Origin: an uncultured delta proteobacterium
Lineage (GTDB): Bacteria > Desulfobacterota > RBG-13-43-22
Reading direction: 5' to 3'
NCBI GenBank assembly: GCA_963843145.1
Contig: CAWJJC010000020.1
Span: 713,788-777,787, forward strand
DNA: 64,000 nucleotides
Within the stretch, counting starts at the first letter, position 1, and the number at the start of each line of letters is the position of its first letter. The notes beneath the pieces are model-generated. The model was not told the origin of the DNA. It ran no database searches and saw nothing but the letters and a program-made list of their open reading frames with translations. The position numbers and the translations under genes were made by a program. Positions 8,544-18,308 of the stretch are shown piece after piece.

Positions 8544-10643
8544 ATGGCGGTTGATTCTTTAGCTCCGGCTGCTCCGCTCCTTAGGGACAAAATCCGTTTA
8601 GACCAGGTCGACCTGATGATGGGGATCGGGGTGGTGGCCGTGCTCCTGGTCATGATCATCCCTTTGCCGGCTTTCATTTTGGATATACTTTTGTCCCTGA
8701 GCATCACCTGCTCTCTGGTCATTTTATTGACCTCCACCTATATTACCAAGCCCCTGGAATTTTCCACTTTTCCCTCCGTCCTGCTGGTCACCACCCTTTT
8801 CCGGCTGTCCCTGAACGTGGCCTCTACCCGCCTGATCCTCCTGCACGGCAACGAGGGCGGCGCCGCCGCCGGGCAGGTGATTAGGTCTTTTGGCAATTTC
8901 GTGGTGGGCGGCAATTTTCTGGTGGGGTTTATCATCTTCAGCATCTTAGTCATTATTAATTTTGTGGTTATTACCAAGGGAAGCGGTCGAATCGCCGAAG
9001 TGGCGGCCCGCTTTACCCTGGATGCCATGCCGGGCAAGCAGATGGCCATCGATGCCGACTTGAACGCCGGGTTGATCGATGATCGGGAGGCCCGAAGCCG
9101 ACGCGGCCAGATCGCCCGGGAGGCCGAATTTTATGGGTCCATGGATGGGGCCAGCAAATTCGTTCGCGGGGAGGCCATTGCCGGGATCATTATCATTCTA
9201 ATCAATATCGGCGGCGGATTCATCATCGGCGTGTTGCAGCAATCCTTGTCGCTGGCCGTGGCCGCGCAGAACTACACCATCCTGACTATCGGCGACGCCT
9301 TGGTGACCCAGATCCCGGCCCTGATGATTTCCACGGCCGCCGGTATTATCGTCACCCGGGCCGCCTCGGAAAACAGCATGGGAAAAGAACTCGGGCGGCA
9401 GTTCAAACTCCAGCCTCAGGCGATCAGTCTATCCGCCGGCATCCTTTTTTTCTTTGGCCTGATACCCGGACTGCCCCACCTTCCCTTTATCAGTCTGGCG
9501 TTGATTATCGGCTTTCTAGCGTTTCTGGTCTTCCGGGAACAAAAACGGCTGGCGGAAGGACTGGCGGCGGCGGAACCCAAAAAAGGTGCCGCTCAACCCG
9601 CCGAGCAGATCGAATCCCTGCTGCATCTGGACCTGCTGGAATTGGAGGTGGGCTACGGTTTGATCCCCTTGGTGGATGAAGAACAACAGGGAAATCTCCT
9701 GGAACGGATCCGTTCCATCCGGCGCCAGTTCGCCTTGGAAATGGGTTTTATCGTTTCCCCGCTGCGGGTCCGGGACAACTTGCAGTTGAAACCGGGGGAA
9801 TATCGTTTTCTGATTAAGAACAACGAAGTAGCCAGAGGAGAAATGATGTTGGGCTATTGCCTGGCGTTGAACCCCGGCGAAGTAAAAAACGTCATCGAGG
9901 GAATCCCCACCCAGGAACCCGCTTTTCAACTCCCGGCCCTGTGGATCTCCGAAAAAAGAAAAGACGAGGCCCAGTTTGCCGGTTATACGGTGGTGGATAT
10001 TTCGACCATTATCGCCACCCATTTAACGGAAGTCATCCGGAGCCATGCCCAGGAATTGCTGAGCCGCCAGGATGTGCAAAAATTATTGGACCACCTGTCC
10101 CAGAGTTACCCCAAATCGGTGGATGAATTGATCCCCAACCTGCTTTCCCTCGGGGTAATTCAGAGGGTTTTACAGAATTTATTGAAAGAAAGGGTTTCCA
10201 TCCGGGATCTCCTGACAATCGTTGAAACTTTGGCTGACTACGGCCCGGTCACCAAAGATCCGGATATCCTTACCGAGTACGTTCGTCAAAAAATCGCCCG
10301 TTCCATCCTGAAACAATATGAAACCGTCGAAGGTGTTTTGCCGCTGGTCACCCTGGATCAGCATCTGGAAGACATTCTTCGGGACGGCATTCAGAAAGTG
10401 GACCAGGGCGCTTATCTTTCCTTAGAGCCCAGTCTGGCCCAGCGGATCCTGGTCAGCATCAACCAGACCCTGGAAAAAACCGTTCATTTAAATTATCAAC
10501 CGATAATTCTCTGTTCACCCCCGATTCGGCGCCATCTAAAAAAACTGCTGGACCGGTTTATGCCCCAAGTGGTGGTCATCTCTCATAATGAGCTGACCGC
10601 CAAATCCAAAATTCAATCCTTAGGTACGGTGACTATCAGCTAA
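8544..10643 (+). CDS. flhA: Flagellar export apparatus protein FlhA
   Basis: RIAEVAARFTLDAMPGKQMAIDADLNAG, FYGSMDGASKFV. Confidence 0.97.
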   Translation: MAVDSLAPAAPLLRDKIRLDQVDLMMGIGVVAVLLVMIIPLPAFILDILLSLSITCSLVILLTSTYITKPLEFSTFPSVLLVTTLFRLSLNVASTRLILLHGNEGGAAAGQVIRSFGNFVVGGNFLVGFIIFSILVIINFVVITKGSGRIAEVAARFTLDAMPGKQMAIDADLNAGLIDDREARSRRGQIAREAEFYGSMDGASKFVRGEAIAGIIIILINIGGGFIIGVLQQSLSLAVAAQNYTILTIGDALVTQIPALMISTAAGIIVTRAASENSMGKELGRQFKLQPQAISLSAGILFFFGLIPGLPHLPFISLALIIGFLAFLVFREQKRLAEGLAAAEPKKGAAQPAEQIESLLHLDLLELEVGYGLIPLVDEEQQGNLLERIRSIRRQFALEMGFIVSPLRVRDNLQLKPGEYRFLIKNNEVARGEMMLGYCLALNPGEVKNVIEGIPTQEPAFQLPALWISEKRKDEAQFAGYTVVDISTIIATHLTEVIRSHAQELLSRQDVQKLLDHLSQSYPKSVDELIPNLLSLGVIQRVLQNLLKERVSIRDLLTIVETLADYGPVTKDPDILTEYVRQKIARSILKQYETVEGVLPLVTLDQHLEDILRDGIQKVDQGAYLSLEPSLAQRILVSINQTLEKTVHLNYQPIILCSPPIRRHLKKLLDRFMPQVVVISHNELTAKSKIQSLGTVTIS

Positions 10644-11668
10644 TGCGCATCCGAAGGTTCGAAGCCGAAAATATGCAAGAGGCCATGAAACAGGTCAAGG
10701 CCGTTTTGGGCCCGGAGGCCTTAATCCTTTCCTCCCGGTCGATCAAAAATCCAAATCAGCCGCACCAGTCGATTTTTGAAATCGTAGCCGCCATGGACCC
10801 TGACCCGACACCGGCCTTTCCCAAACCACCGCCCCGAGCGCCTTCCCGAAACCGGCCTTATTCTTCGGAAGTTCGCTCGGGGTCGCCTTCCCCCGAGAGG
10901 ATCGTGGAAAAACTTCTGGCCTGCGGGCTCTCCCCGGATTGGGTGAGCCCCTTGATCCGGGAGCTCAAGACCCTCTCCGGGAAGGAAAAAGGTCTCGCGG
11001 GAGAACAATTCCAGGATTATCTCGTCCGAAGACTGGCGGACGGGGTGGAAGTAGCCGGCCCGCAACAATCCGCCGGCCGGGTCTATGCCCTGATCGGTCC
11101 CACCGGGGTGGGGAAAACGACGACCATCGCCAAGTTGGCCGCTTATTTCAGTTTAAAAATGGCTCAAAGAGTCCTGCTGCTGACCATTGACACCTATCGG
11201 ATTGGGGCGGTAGAACAACTGGCCACCTACGCCCGTATTCTGGGCCTTCCCCTGAAGGTGGCGGCCAGCCCGAAAGAACTAAAATCCTGTCTGGAAGAGC
11301 GGGGTGAACAGGATCTGGTGCTGATTGATACCGCGGGCCGAAGTCCCAATAACACCGGAATGCTGGATGAGTTACGGGACTTTCTGACCGTTTCTCCGGT
11401 TATTGGGAGCCACCTGGTGGTCAGCGCCACCACCAAAGAGGGGGACTTAAAAAAGATTATCTCCGGATTCAGCGGCCTCCCCCTGGAAGGATATATCTGC
11501 ACCAAGCTCGATGAAACGGACCACTATCTCCCGCTGCTCAATCAATTGGTGCCGACCCGACGTCCCTTGGCCTATTTTACCCACGGCCAGCGGGTACCCG
11601 AGGATTTGGAGCAGGTTACCAAGTCCCGGATCGTCCGATTATTATCCAATCAAATTCATTGGAATTGA
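10643..11668 (+). CDS. flhF: SRP-family GTPase FlhF
   Basis: GPTGVGKTTT, DTYRIGA, DTAGRS, TKLDET, GQRVPED. Confidence 0.95.
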   Translation: MRIRRFEAENMQEAMKQVKAVLGPEALILSSRSIKNPNQPHQSIFEIVAAMDPDPTPAFPKPPPRAPSRNRPYSSEVRSGSPSPERIVEKLLACGLSPDWVSPLIRELKTLSGKEKGLAGEQFQDYLVRRLADGVEVAGPQQSAGRVYALIGPTGVGKTTTIAKLAAYFSLKMAQRVLLLTIDTYRIGAVEQLATYARILGLPLKVAASPKELKSCLEERGEQDLVLIDTAGRSPNNTGMLDELRDFLTVSPVIGSHLVVSATTKEGDLKKIISGFSGLPLEGYICTKLDETDHYLPLLNQLVPTRRPLAYFTHGQRVPEDLEQVTKSRIVRLLSNQIHWN

Positions 11669-11682
11669 TGAGGGGGCCCCGG

Positions 11683-12600
11683 ATGGATCAAGCCGAAGGT
11701 TTAAGGAAGATGGTCAACGGCGCCCAGGTTGATTTTAAGGCCCTGCAGTCCGCCCCCAGCGCCTCGCTGTCGCCGACGGACAGCCCGCAGGTGATCTCCA
11801 TTTCCAGCGGCAAAGGCGGAGTGGGGAAAACCAATATTGTGGCCAACCTGGCTTTGGCCCTGACCCGGTTAGGGAAGAGGGTTCTGATCCTGGATGCCGA
11901 CCTGGGATTGGCGAATATTGATATTTTACTCGGATTGACTCCGCGCTACACCATCGAGCACTTGCTGACCGGTCAGAAGCGATTAGAGGATATTTTAGTC
12001 CAGGGTCCGGAAGGAATGGTGATCCTGCCGGCCGGGTCCGGGATCCCGGAACTGGCCGACTTAAATGAGGGTCAAAAACTTTTTCTCTTGAGCGAGATGG
12101 ATCAATTGTCGCAGCGCATCGATCTCCTCTTGATTGACACCGGAGCGGGAATCTCGGCTAATGTGCTCTATTTCAACCTGGCCGCCCAGGAATCGATCAT
12201 CATTATCACCCCGGAGCCCACTTCCCTGACCGATGCCTATGCTTTGATCAAGGTGCTGGCCACCCGACATCAAAAAAAGCATTTTATGGTCCTCGCCAAT
12301 TCCGTGACCACTGAACCGGAGGCCAAGGAAGTCTTTAGAAAAATCAGTCTGGTCGCCGATCGTTTTTTAGGCAGTGTCTCTTTGGATTACCTGGGGTTTA
12401 TTCCTCTGGATGAACATGTCCTCAAGGCGGTCAGGAAACAAAAGGCCGTCTTGGAGCTCTTTCCGCAATCTCCGGCCGGGAAAAGTTTTATGGCCCTCTC
12501 GCAGCGCCTGCTGGACCGGCCCTTTCGTAACCGCAACGAAGGCAATATTCAGTTTTTCTGGAAGCAGGTCTGGGAGCATTCCCATTTTAATGTCTCATGA
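11683..12600 (+). CDS. flhG: MinD-like ATPase FlhG/FleN
   Basis: MDQAEGLR N-terminus, SGKGGVGKT, DADLGLAN, PEPTSLTDAYA. Confidence 0.93.
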   Translation: MDQAEGLRKMVNGAQVDFKALQSAPSASLSPTDSPQVISISSGKGGVGKTNIVANLALALTRLGKRVLILDADLGLANIDILLGLTPRYTIEHLLTGQKRLEDILVQGPEGMVILPAGSGIPELADLNEGQKLFLLSEMDQLSQRIDLLLIDTGAGISANVLYFNLAAQESIIIITPEPTSLTDAYALIKVLATRHQKKHFMVLANSVTTEPEAKEVFRKISLVADRFLGSVSLDYLGFIPLDEHVLKAVRKQKAVLELFPQSPAGKSFMALSQRLLDRPFRNRNEGNIQFFWKQVWEHSHFNVS

Positions 12601-13418
12601 AAAGGATGGCTGCTTTGAAAGCAAGTTTACAAAATTTTAGCCAGGTGAACGGATCGGCCCCCTTGAGGGCCTACGGCTCCGACCCGGAACCGTCGGCCGA
12701 GCGGGAGACCTTGATTCTCAAGTACGCCCCGTTAATCAAATACATCGCCCATCGTTTGGCCATGCGGCTGCCGGCTCACGTCTCCGTGGAAGATTTGATC
12801 AGCGCCGGGGCCATCGGATTGATGGATGCCCTGAATAAATTTGACCCGGGCAAGAAGGTCCAGTTCTCCACCTATGCGGAGTACCGGATTAAAGGGGCCA
12901 TGCTGGACGAATTGAGGGCCCTGGACTGGGTACCTCGTTCGGTGCGGCAGAAAATGTCTCGTCTGGACAAGGCCTACTGGGAACTAGAAAAAGAAAAAGG
13001 ACGCCCGGTGGAAGATGAGGAGATGGCCGAGGCCTTGGGGGTGACGCTGACCGATTTTTATGGACTGCTCAATGACACCAATCGGGTATCGCTCCTGGAT
13101 ATCGAAAACCTACCGCGTCAATTAGCCGGTTTAAAAGATGATGAATTGGTGCAGTTGCTCCGGGATGATGAACATCGGGACCCCGCCTTTCAATTAAGCC
13201 TCATGGAAGTGAAAAAAATCTTGGCCCAGGCCATCGAGCGATTGTCCCAGAAGGAAAAAACCATCATCTCGCTTTATTATTATGAAGAAATGACCTTAAA
13301 GGAAATTGGCCAGATTATGGGATTTACCGAATCCCGAATTTGCCAAATTCATTCCAAAGTTATCTTGAAGTTACGGGGCCAACTGAAAAAAGTATTCGAT
13401 GCGGAAAGGGTATCATGA
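12597..13418 (+). CDS. fliA: Flagellar sigma factor sigma28
   Basis: FSTYAEYRIKGAMLDELRALDW, LYYYEEMTLKEIG, ESRICQIH. Confidence 0.95.
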   Translation: MKRMAALKASLQNFSQVNGSAPLRAYGSDPEPSAERETLILKYAPLIKYIAHRLAMRLPAHVSVEDLISAGAIGLMDALNKFDPGKKVQFSTYAEYRIKGAMLDELRALDWVPRSVRQKMSRLDKAYWELEKEKGRPVEDEEMAEALGVTLTDFYGLLNDTNRVSLLDIENLPRQLAGLKDDELVQLLRDDEHRDPAFQLSLMEVKKILAQAIERLSQKEKTIISLYYYEEMTLKEIGQIMGFTESRICQIHSKVILKLRGQLKKVFDAERVS

Positions 13419-13445
13419 CTTCTGGTCAAAAAGAGGGAGCTGGAT

Positions 13446-13826
13446 ATGGATGTTAAGATGAAGGTTTTGGTGGTGGATGATTTTTCCACTATGCGGCGGA
13501 TTGTCAAAAATATTCTTCGGCAGTTGGGATTTGAAAACATCCTGGAAGCCGACGACGGGATGAGCGCCCTGGACGTGTTGCGCAGTCAGAAGGTCGATTT
13601 CATCATTTCCGACTGGAATATGCCTCGCTTTTCCGGGATCGAACTGCTAAAAGCCGTCCGGACCAATGAAGAGTGGAAAGACCTCCCCTTCCTGATGGTT
13701 ACGGCCGAAGGTCAAAAGGAAAACGTGATTGAGGCCGTCAAAGCCAAGGTCAGCAATTATATTGTCAAGCCTTTTACGCCGGAAACGTTGGCCGAAAAGA
13801 TTAAGAAAATTTTTGAAAAAGGGTAA
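13446..13826 (+). CDS. cheY: Chemotaxis response regulator CheY
   Basis: VVDDFSTMRRIVKN, SDWNMP, MVTAE, KPFT. Confidence 0.93.
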   Translation: MDVKMKVLVVDDFSTMRRIVKNILRQLGFENILEADDGMSALDVLRSQKVDFIISDWNMPRFSGIELLKAVRTNEEWKDLPFLMVTAEGQKENVIEAVKAKVSNYIVKPFTPETLAEKIKKIFEKG

Positions 13827-13829
13827 ATC

Positions 13830-14319
13830 ATGAATCGACGGAGACGGTTTTTTTTCTCAAAAAAAGGATGGGGCCTGATCCTCCTGGCGCTGACCATCTG
13901 CGGAGGATGGTTGCTCTCCAGCCAGGGACGGCCGGGGGATGACCGGCTAACCGCCTTTTTATTCACTAAAGCCGCTACCCCTTTACCCGTCCGGGAAATA
14001 CCCGGAACCGGGCGCAGAGAAATGAAGGGCTGGAAGCTGACTCCTTTTTGGCTGTCGCTGGTTCACCAGGGACAGCCTACCCTGGCGGAGATTCGGGTGG
14101 CCTTGCAGCTAGCCGCCCCCTTCAGTCCTGATGAAGGATCGATCCGCTTAAGGGAATTGCGGGAGACCGTTTGGAGTGTTATCCAGGCGCCCGAAGCTAC
14201 TCTGTTGCAACCGGGGGGAAGAAATCGGATGGAAGAGACTTTGACGCGTTCGCTTGAATGAGCACATTTTTCAAGGAACACTAAAGGGGGTAACGCTGGA
14301 GATCTTTCCCTGGTCGTAG
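13830..14319 (+). pseudogene. Second FliL-like protein with an apparent frameshift near 14255 (real lesion or assembly error)
   Basis: TM helix, P(F)WLSL, ELRE, G..R..E.L pattern; ORF stops at 14261, but the +1 frame continues NEHIFQGTLKGVTLEIFPWS* (to 14319), which resembles a FliL C-terminus. Confidence 0.5.
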
Positions 14320-14356
14320 AGTTCCCAGGAACCGGCCTTCCTCTCCGGAAATCGTT

Positions 14357-14575
14357 ATGGCTGACAGTTTCCTTTCCACACCGCTCAATCAAACGGCACC
14401 GGTGAATCGCCTCCGGGATTCCAAACAGGAGGTGCCGGACCGCTACGGGAAAAGGCCGCGCCCGAAGAAACCCGAAGGGCTGCCCCCGAAGTCGGAAGAA
14501 AAAGAGAAATCCGCAACCCCGGAGATCGAAGAGGAAACCAAAAAATCCGGGAAGATTTTGGACATCGTCATCTGA
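14357..14575 (+). CDS. Small charged hypothetical protein in flagellar operon
   Basis: 72-aa ORF filling the gap in a co-directional operon; ends KSGKILDIVI. Confidence 0.55.
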   Translation: MADSFLSTPLNQTAPVNRLRDSKQEVPDRYGKRPRPKKPEGLPPKSEEKEKSATPEIEEETKKSGKILDIVI

Positions 14576-14582
14576 AAAAATT

Positions 14583-15056
14583 ATGAATATGGAAAATCCC
14601 ATCTTTTGGATGACCGTCGTCGAAGGGGCGGCCATTGTGATCTTATCCGTCTCGATCCTCTGGATGCTCTGGGCCAAAAGAACCGGAAAGTGGGCTGCCG
14701 GCGAGGCCGCCGACGAGCAAGCGCCGGCGCTGCCGATCGAAGAACTCAGGCAACTAATGGCAGAATCCCAGGTCATTACCCAGGACCTGGCCGGAAATTT
14801 AAAGGAAAAAAAATTGATTTCCCAGCAATTGCTAGCGCAATTGGATGAAAAAATCAATAAATTAACCTGGCTGCTGGGTCGGGCCGAGGAAGCATCCCTT
14901 CAGCCTCGGCCTACGGAGAACACCACCAACATCTATGTTAAAGCTATTGAACTGGCGGATCAAGGCCTTTCCCTACCGGAAATAGAGCAACAACTCCACC
15001 TGGCCAAGGGGGAGGTCCAATTGCTGTTGGACCTGAAAGCCTACTGCCTGAAATAA
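14583..15056 (+). CDS. Membrane-anchored coiled-coil protein with C-terminal HTH-like domain (DUF2802/SwrB-like)
   Basis: N-terminal TM helix, coiled coil, Y.KAIELA.QG.S..EI...L.L.KGEVQLLL. Confidence 0.6.
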   Translation: MNMENPIFWMTVVEGAAIVILSVSILWMLWAKRTGKWAAGEAADEQAPALPIEELRQLMAESQVITQDLAGNLKEKKLISQQLLAQLDEKINKLTWLLGRAEEASLQPRPTENTTNIYVKAIELADQGLSLPEIEQQLHLAKGEVQLLLDLKAYCLK

Positions 15057-15072
15057 ATCTTCGAGGACCTTC

Positions 15073-16161
15073 GTGCCGATCCCCTCTTTGGACGCCATCC
15101 TAAACACCGTCGGAATAACCCTTCTGCCTGCCAAACCGATCGATCGGGACTCGTTCACTCTGGGAGAAATCATCCCGGTGAAATGGGTACGTTCCCTGGA
15201 CCCGCAGCGGATCCTCATCCAGGTTAAAGGGAGGGAACTGGTTGCCGAAACGGCTTTCCCCCTTCCCGAGGGGACTGAATTCCAGGCGCGGGTGGAGCAA
15301 TTGGAACCCCGCCTAATTTTTAAGTTCCTGATGCCGGCCAGCGGCGATTCGGTTTCTTTCAGCCTGCTTAAAAAATATTGGGTCGGCGATCCGCCGCTGG
15401 AGAGGCTGGTCGAAAGCTGGAAAGCGCTCGAAAACTCCCAAGGACCTTCTCTGCCCAAGGAAGTTCAGGAGACCTGGACCCGAATCCGGGAGACGATCAA
15501 GATTTTTTCCGGGATGCTGGAAGCCGGCGCGGATCCCCAGGCCCTGGCCCGGATCATTGATCAATCGGGTCTGAACTTGGAAAATAAAATGCGGCGAATA
15601 ATCGATGCGGACGGAAAGCCTTTCCCCGCAGACCTGCTGCTAGGGGACCTGAAAGGCCTGCTCTTAAAAATGAAGGCCCAGTTGGAACGGGCTGCACCGG
15701 AAACGGCTCGTGAACTTCAACCCCTTATCCAGAAGATGGAGCTCTACCAATTGCTCAATGCCGGGGAGGGAGACCCTTCTAAACTCCTCCTCCTAATTCC
15801 CTTTCTTTTCCCGGAAGGGCTTCGCTGGACGGAAATCCTGTTTTCCGGGGATCGGGGAGGCCGAGAGTCCGCCGAAGAACGGGGAAACGGCCTTCTTTTT
15901 CTCCTGGACCTGCCGGCCCTGGGAAAATTGCAGGTTGAGATCCAGATCCGTGAAAACCGTCTGCACGGCCGTTTCAAAACGCCGGATCCAAGAATCGGGG
16001 AATATCTGCAGGAAAACCTGTCCCGACTGGCAGACCGCCTGGGGCTGGCCGGATATTTGGCGGATATCGAAATCCGGGTGGTGGACCCGCAGCAACTCCA
16101 GGAGATCCTACCGGCCCGGCTGGAAAGTTTCCCGGATTCCTTGATGAGCCTGGTGGTTTGA
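15073..16161 (+). CDS. Second FliK-C-domain protein (YlqG-like)
   Basis: SGL.LE, C-terminal LDLPALGKLQVEI...L...L...G; precedes an FlhB-C gene. Confidence 0.65.
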   Translation: MPIPSLDAILNTVGITLLPAKPIDRDSFTLGEIIPVKWVRSLDPQRILIQVKGRELVAETAFPLPEGTEFQARVEQLEPRLIFKFLMPASGDSVSFSLLKKYWVGDPPLERLVESWKALENSQGPSLPKEVQETWTRIRETIKIFSGMLEAGADPQALARIIDQSGLNLENKMRRIIDADGKPFPADLLLGDLKGLLLKMKAQLERAAPETARELQPLIQKMELYQLLNAGEGDPSKLLLLIPFLFPEGLRWTEILFSGDRGGRESAEERGNGLLFLLDLPALGKLQVEIQIRENRLHGRFKTPDPRIGEYLQENLSRLADRLGLAGYLADIEIRVVDPQQLQEILPARLESFPDSLMSLVV

Positions 16162-16448
16162 TGTCGCGGAAAAAGGAATTTCACCAGGCGGCTGCCTTGA
16201 AATATCACCCGGGCCGGGATTCGGCCCCCCGGGTCACGGCCCAAGGGTCCGGCCTGGTGGCGGAAAAGATCATTGATCTGGCTCGCCGAAACGGCATTCC
16301 CATTAAGGAGGATCCGGCCCTGATTCAGGTCCTGTCAAAACTGGATCTCAATCAGGAAATTCCACCGGCTGTTTATGTAGTGGTGGCCGAGATCCTGGCC
16401 TTCGTCTATTCCCTTAACAAAGGATACGCGGCAGCCAAGAAATCTTAA
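16161..16448 (+). CDS. Stand-alone FlhB C-terminal-domain protein (YlqH/FlhX-like)
   Basis: AAALKY..G..APRV.A.G.G.VAEKII..A....IPI.ED..L...L..L....EIP..VY.VVAEILAFVY. Confidence 0.88.
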   Translation: MSRKKEFHQAAALKYHPGRDSAPRVTAQGSGLVAEKIIDLARRNGIPIKEDPALIQVLSKLDLNQEIPPAVYVVVAEILAFVYSLNKGYAAAKKS

Positions 16449-16663
16449 GTTTAGGCGACAAAACCTCACTCTAGGTAAAAATTTCCTATCCGGGCAAAAC
16501 GGCACCCCCTGGAGGGACTCCGGGGAAGCAATTCAAGCCCTCTTTCGGGCTGATACTTATCGGGTGGGCCCGAGAGATAAAAAATAGATAACGAATTTAA
16601 TTAGTTAAGTTTAGCGGGGCCATGGCCGGCCTGGCCAAGGATTCGGCCCCAGGACAGACCAAA

Positions 16664-16679
16664 TGGCACAGGCATTGCA
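16664..16679 (+). promoter_or_regulatory. sigma54 -24/-12 promoter of flgF operon
   Basis: TGGCACAGGCATTGCA, GG-N10-GC, preceded by an AT-rich IHF-like tract. Confidence 0.82.
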
Positions 16680-16711
16680 GACATGAATAATAAACGAGGG
16701 GAGAGACGATC

Positions 16712-17437
16712 TTGAATCAAAACCTGGCCCCGCTGGGCGCCTTACATCAGGAACGAAGAATCAGCATCCTGGCCAATAACCTGAGCAATTCCATGACGGT
16801 GGGTTTCAAAAAAGATATCCCTGTTTTCAATTCCATTTTTTATCATGAACAGGAACAACTCAGAAATCAAAAGATGGAGACCACCCAGACCGATTTCAGC
16901 CAGGGGGAACTCCAGCGGACCGGCAACGACCTGGACCTGGCCCTGACCGGGGAAGGATTTTTTAAGATCAGCACTCCGTTGGGAATCCGCTACTCCCGAG
17001 CCGGTAATTTCCGGCTGGATACCCAGGGACGATTGGTCAACGCCGGCGGCTATCCGGTATTGGGAGAGGGTGGGGAAATCGTCCTGGACGGCAAGAAGAA
17101 GATCACCGTGGGTACGGATGGGACCATCCGGGCCCAAGGGGTGGAAGCCGGCAGCACAGCGGAAACCGTGGGCAAGCCGGTCTTAGTGCGATTTAAGGAT
17201 TCGAGTCTGCTCAAGAAAGAGGGACACGCCCTTTTTCGTCTCGATGAACCCCAGCCGGAACTGGGGGCGGAAGGGTTGGAGGTCCAACAGGGTTACCTGG
17301 AAACAGCCAATGTGAACGCCGTGGAAGAAATGACCAAAATGATGGAGGCCTTCCGGACCTATGAGAACTGCCTGAAAATTATGCAGGCTAATGATGAAAT
17401 GACCGGCAAAGCCGTCAACGAGGTGGGTCGAACGTAA
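16712..17437 (+). CDS. flgF: Flagellar basal-body rod protein FlgF
   Basis: ANNLSN..T.GFK, TGN.LDLAL.GEGFF, YSRAGNF, LETANVN; TTG start after GAGGGG. Confidence 0.9.
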   Translation: MNQNLAPLGALHQERRISILANNLSNSMTVGFKKDIPVFNSIFYHEQEQLRNQKMETTQTDFSQGELQRTGNDLDLALTGEGFFKISTPLGIRYSRAGNFRLDTQGRLVNAGGYPVLGEGGEIVLDGKKKITVGTDGTIRAQGVEAGSTAETVGKPVLVRFKDSSLLKKEGHALFRLDEPQPELGAEGLEVQQGYLETANVNAVEEMTKMMEAFRTYENCLKIMQANDEMTGKAVNEVGRT

Positions 17438-17495
17438 CCCAATGAGTCTTACCTAAAATTCAATCGAAATGAATGAATAAGGAGAAAGATACAAG

Positions 17496-18278
17496 ATGAT
17501 ACGCGGACTCTGGACGGCAGCCACCGGCATGTCGGCCCAACAATCGAATGTGGCCGTTATCGCCAACAACCTGGCCAATGTTAATACCGCCGGCTTCAAA
17601 CGAAGCCGGACCAATTTCCAGGATTTGATGTACCAAAATATCCGCAACGCCGGTGCTTCGACTTCGGAAGGAAGCCAGTTGCCGGTGGGCATCCAAGTGG
17701 GCATGGGCACCAAGGTCATTTCGGTCAGCAAAAATTTTCAACAGGGGGATTACACCCATACCAACAACCCCCTGGATCTGGCCATTGACGGCCGCGGTTT
17801 TTTCAAATTGATCAGTAACGACCGGGAAGTGTACACCCGGGCCGGGTCCTTCAAAACCGACAAGGATGGATACATCATGGATAGCAATGGGAGCCGGCTC
17901 CAGCCTGAATTTGCCGTGCCCTCCCAAACCACGACCATCACCGTGGGTTCGGGGGGGAAATTGGTCTGCACCGATGCCGGCGGCAAGGAATTGGGGAGTG
18001 TCCAGATGCAGGTCTATGATTTCATCAATCCCGCCGGGCTTCAGGCCATCGGACAGAATTACTTTGTCAATACCGACGGATCCGGAGACCCGGTGGAAGG
18101 CAACCCCGGCACGGACCAATTTGGGTCCATCAGCCAAGGGTTCCTAGAAATGTCCAACGTGGACATCGTCGAGGAAATGGTGACCATGATCATCGCCCAA
18201 CGGGCCTATGAAATCAGCGCCAAGGCGATTCAAACCGGGGATGAAATGCTCCAACAAGTGAATAATCTCAAGCGGTAA
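17496..18278 (+). CDS. flgG: Flagellar distal rod protein FlgG
   Basis: LWTAATGM.AQQ..V.VIANNLANVNT.GFKRSR.NFQDLMYQ. Confidence 0.96.
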   Translation: MIRGLWTAATGMSAQQSNVAVIANNLANVNTAGFKRSRTNFQDLMYQNIRNAGASTSEGSQLPVGIQVGMGTKVISVSKNFQQGDYTHTNNPLDLAIDGRGFFKLISNDREVYTRAGSFKTDKDGYIMDSNGSRLQPEFAVPSQTTTITVGSGGKLVCTDAGGKELGSVQMQVYDFINPAGLQAIGQNYFVNTDGSGDPVEGNPGTDQFGSISQGFLEMSNVDIVEEMVTMIIAQRAYEISAKAIQTGDEMLQQVNNLKR

Positions 18279-18308
18279 GAGATTCTTTTGGATCTTATTA
18301 GGCAGACT

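Noticed and set aside
5562-10643. Non-flagellar type III secretion system
   Set aside because: The export genes are embedded among rod, hook, ring, flhFG and fliA genes, so they are flagellar.
14259-14300. Selenocysteine readthrough at the TGA of the second fliL
   Set aside because: The plausible continuation is in another frame, there is no SECIS-like hairpin, and there is no redox motif.
16480-16580. c-di-GMP-I riboswitch upstream of flgF (GGCAAA)
   Set aside because: It lacks the GAAA tetraloop and GACGCAAA elements, and it lies upstream of the sigma54 promoter.
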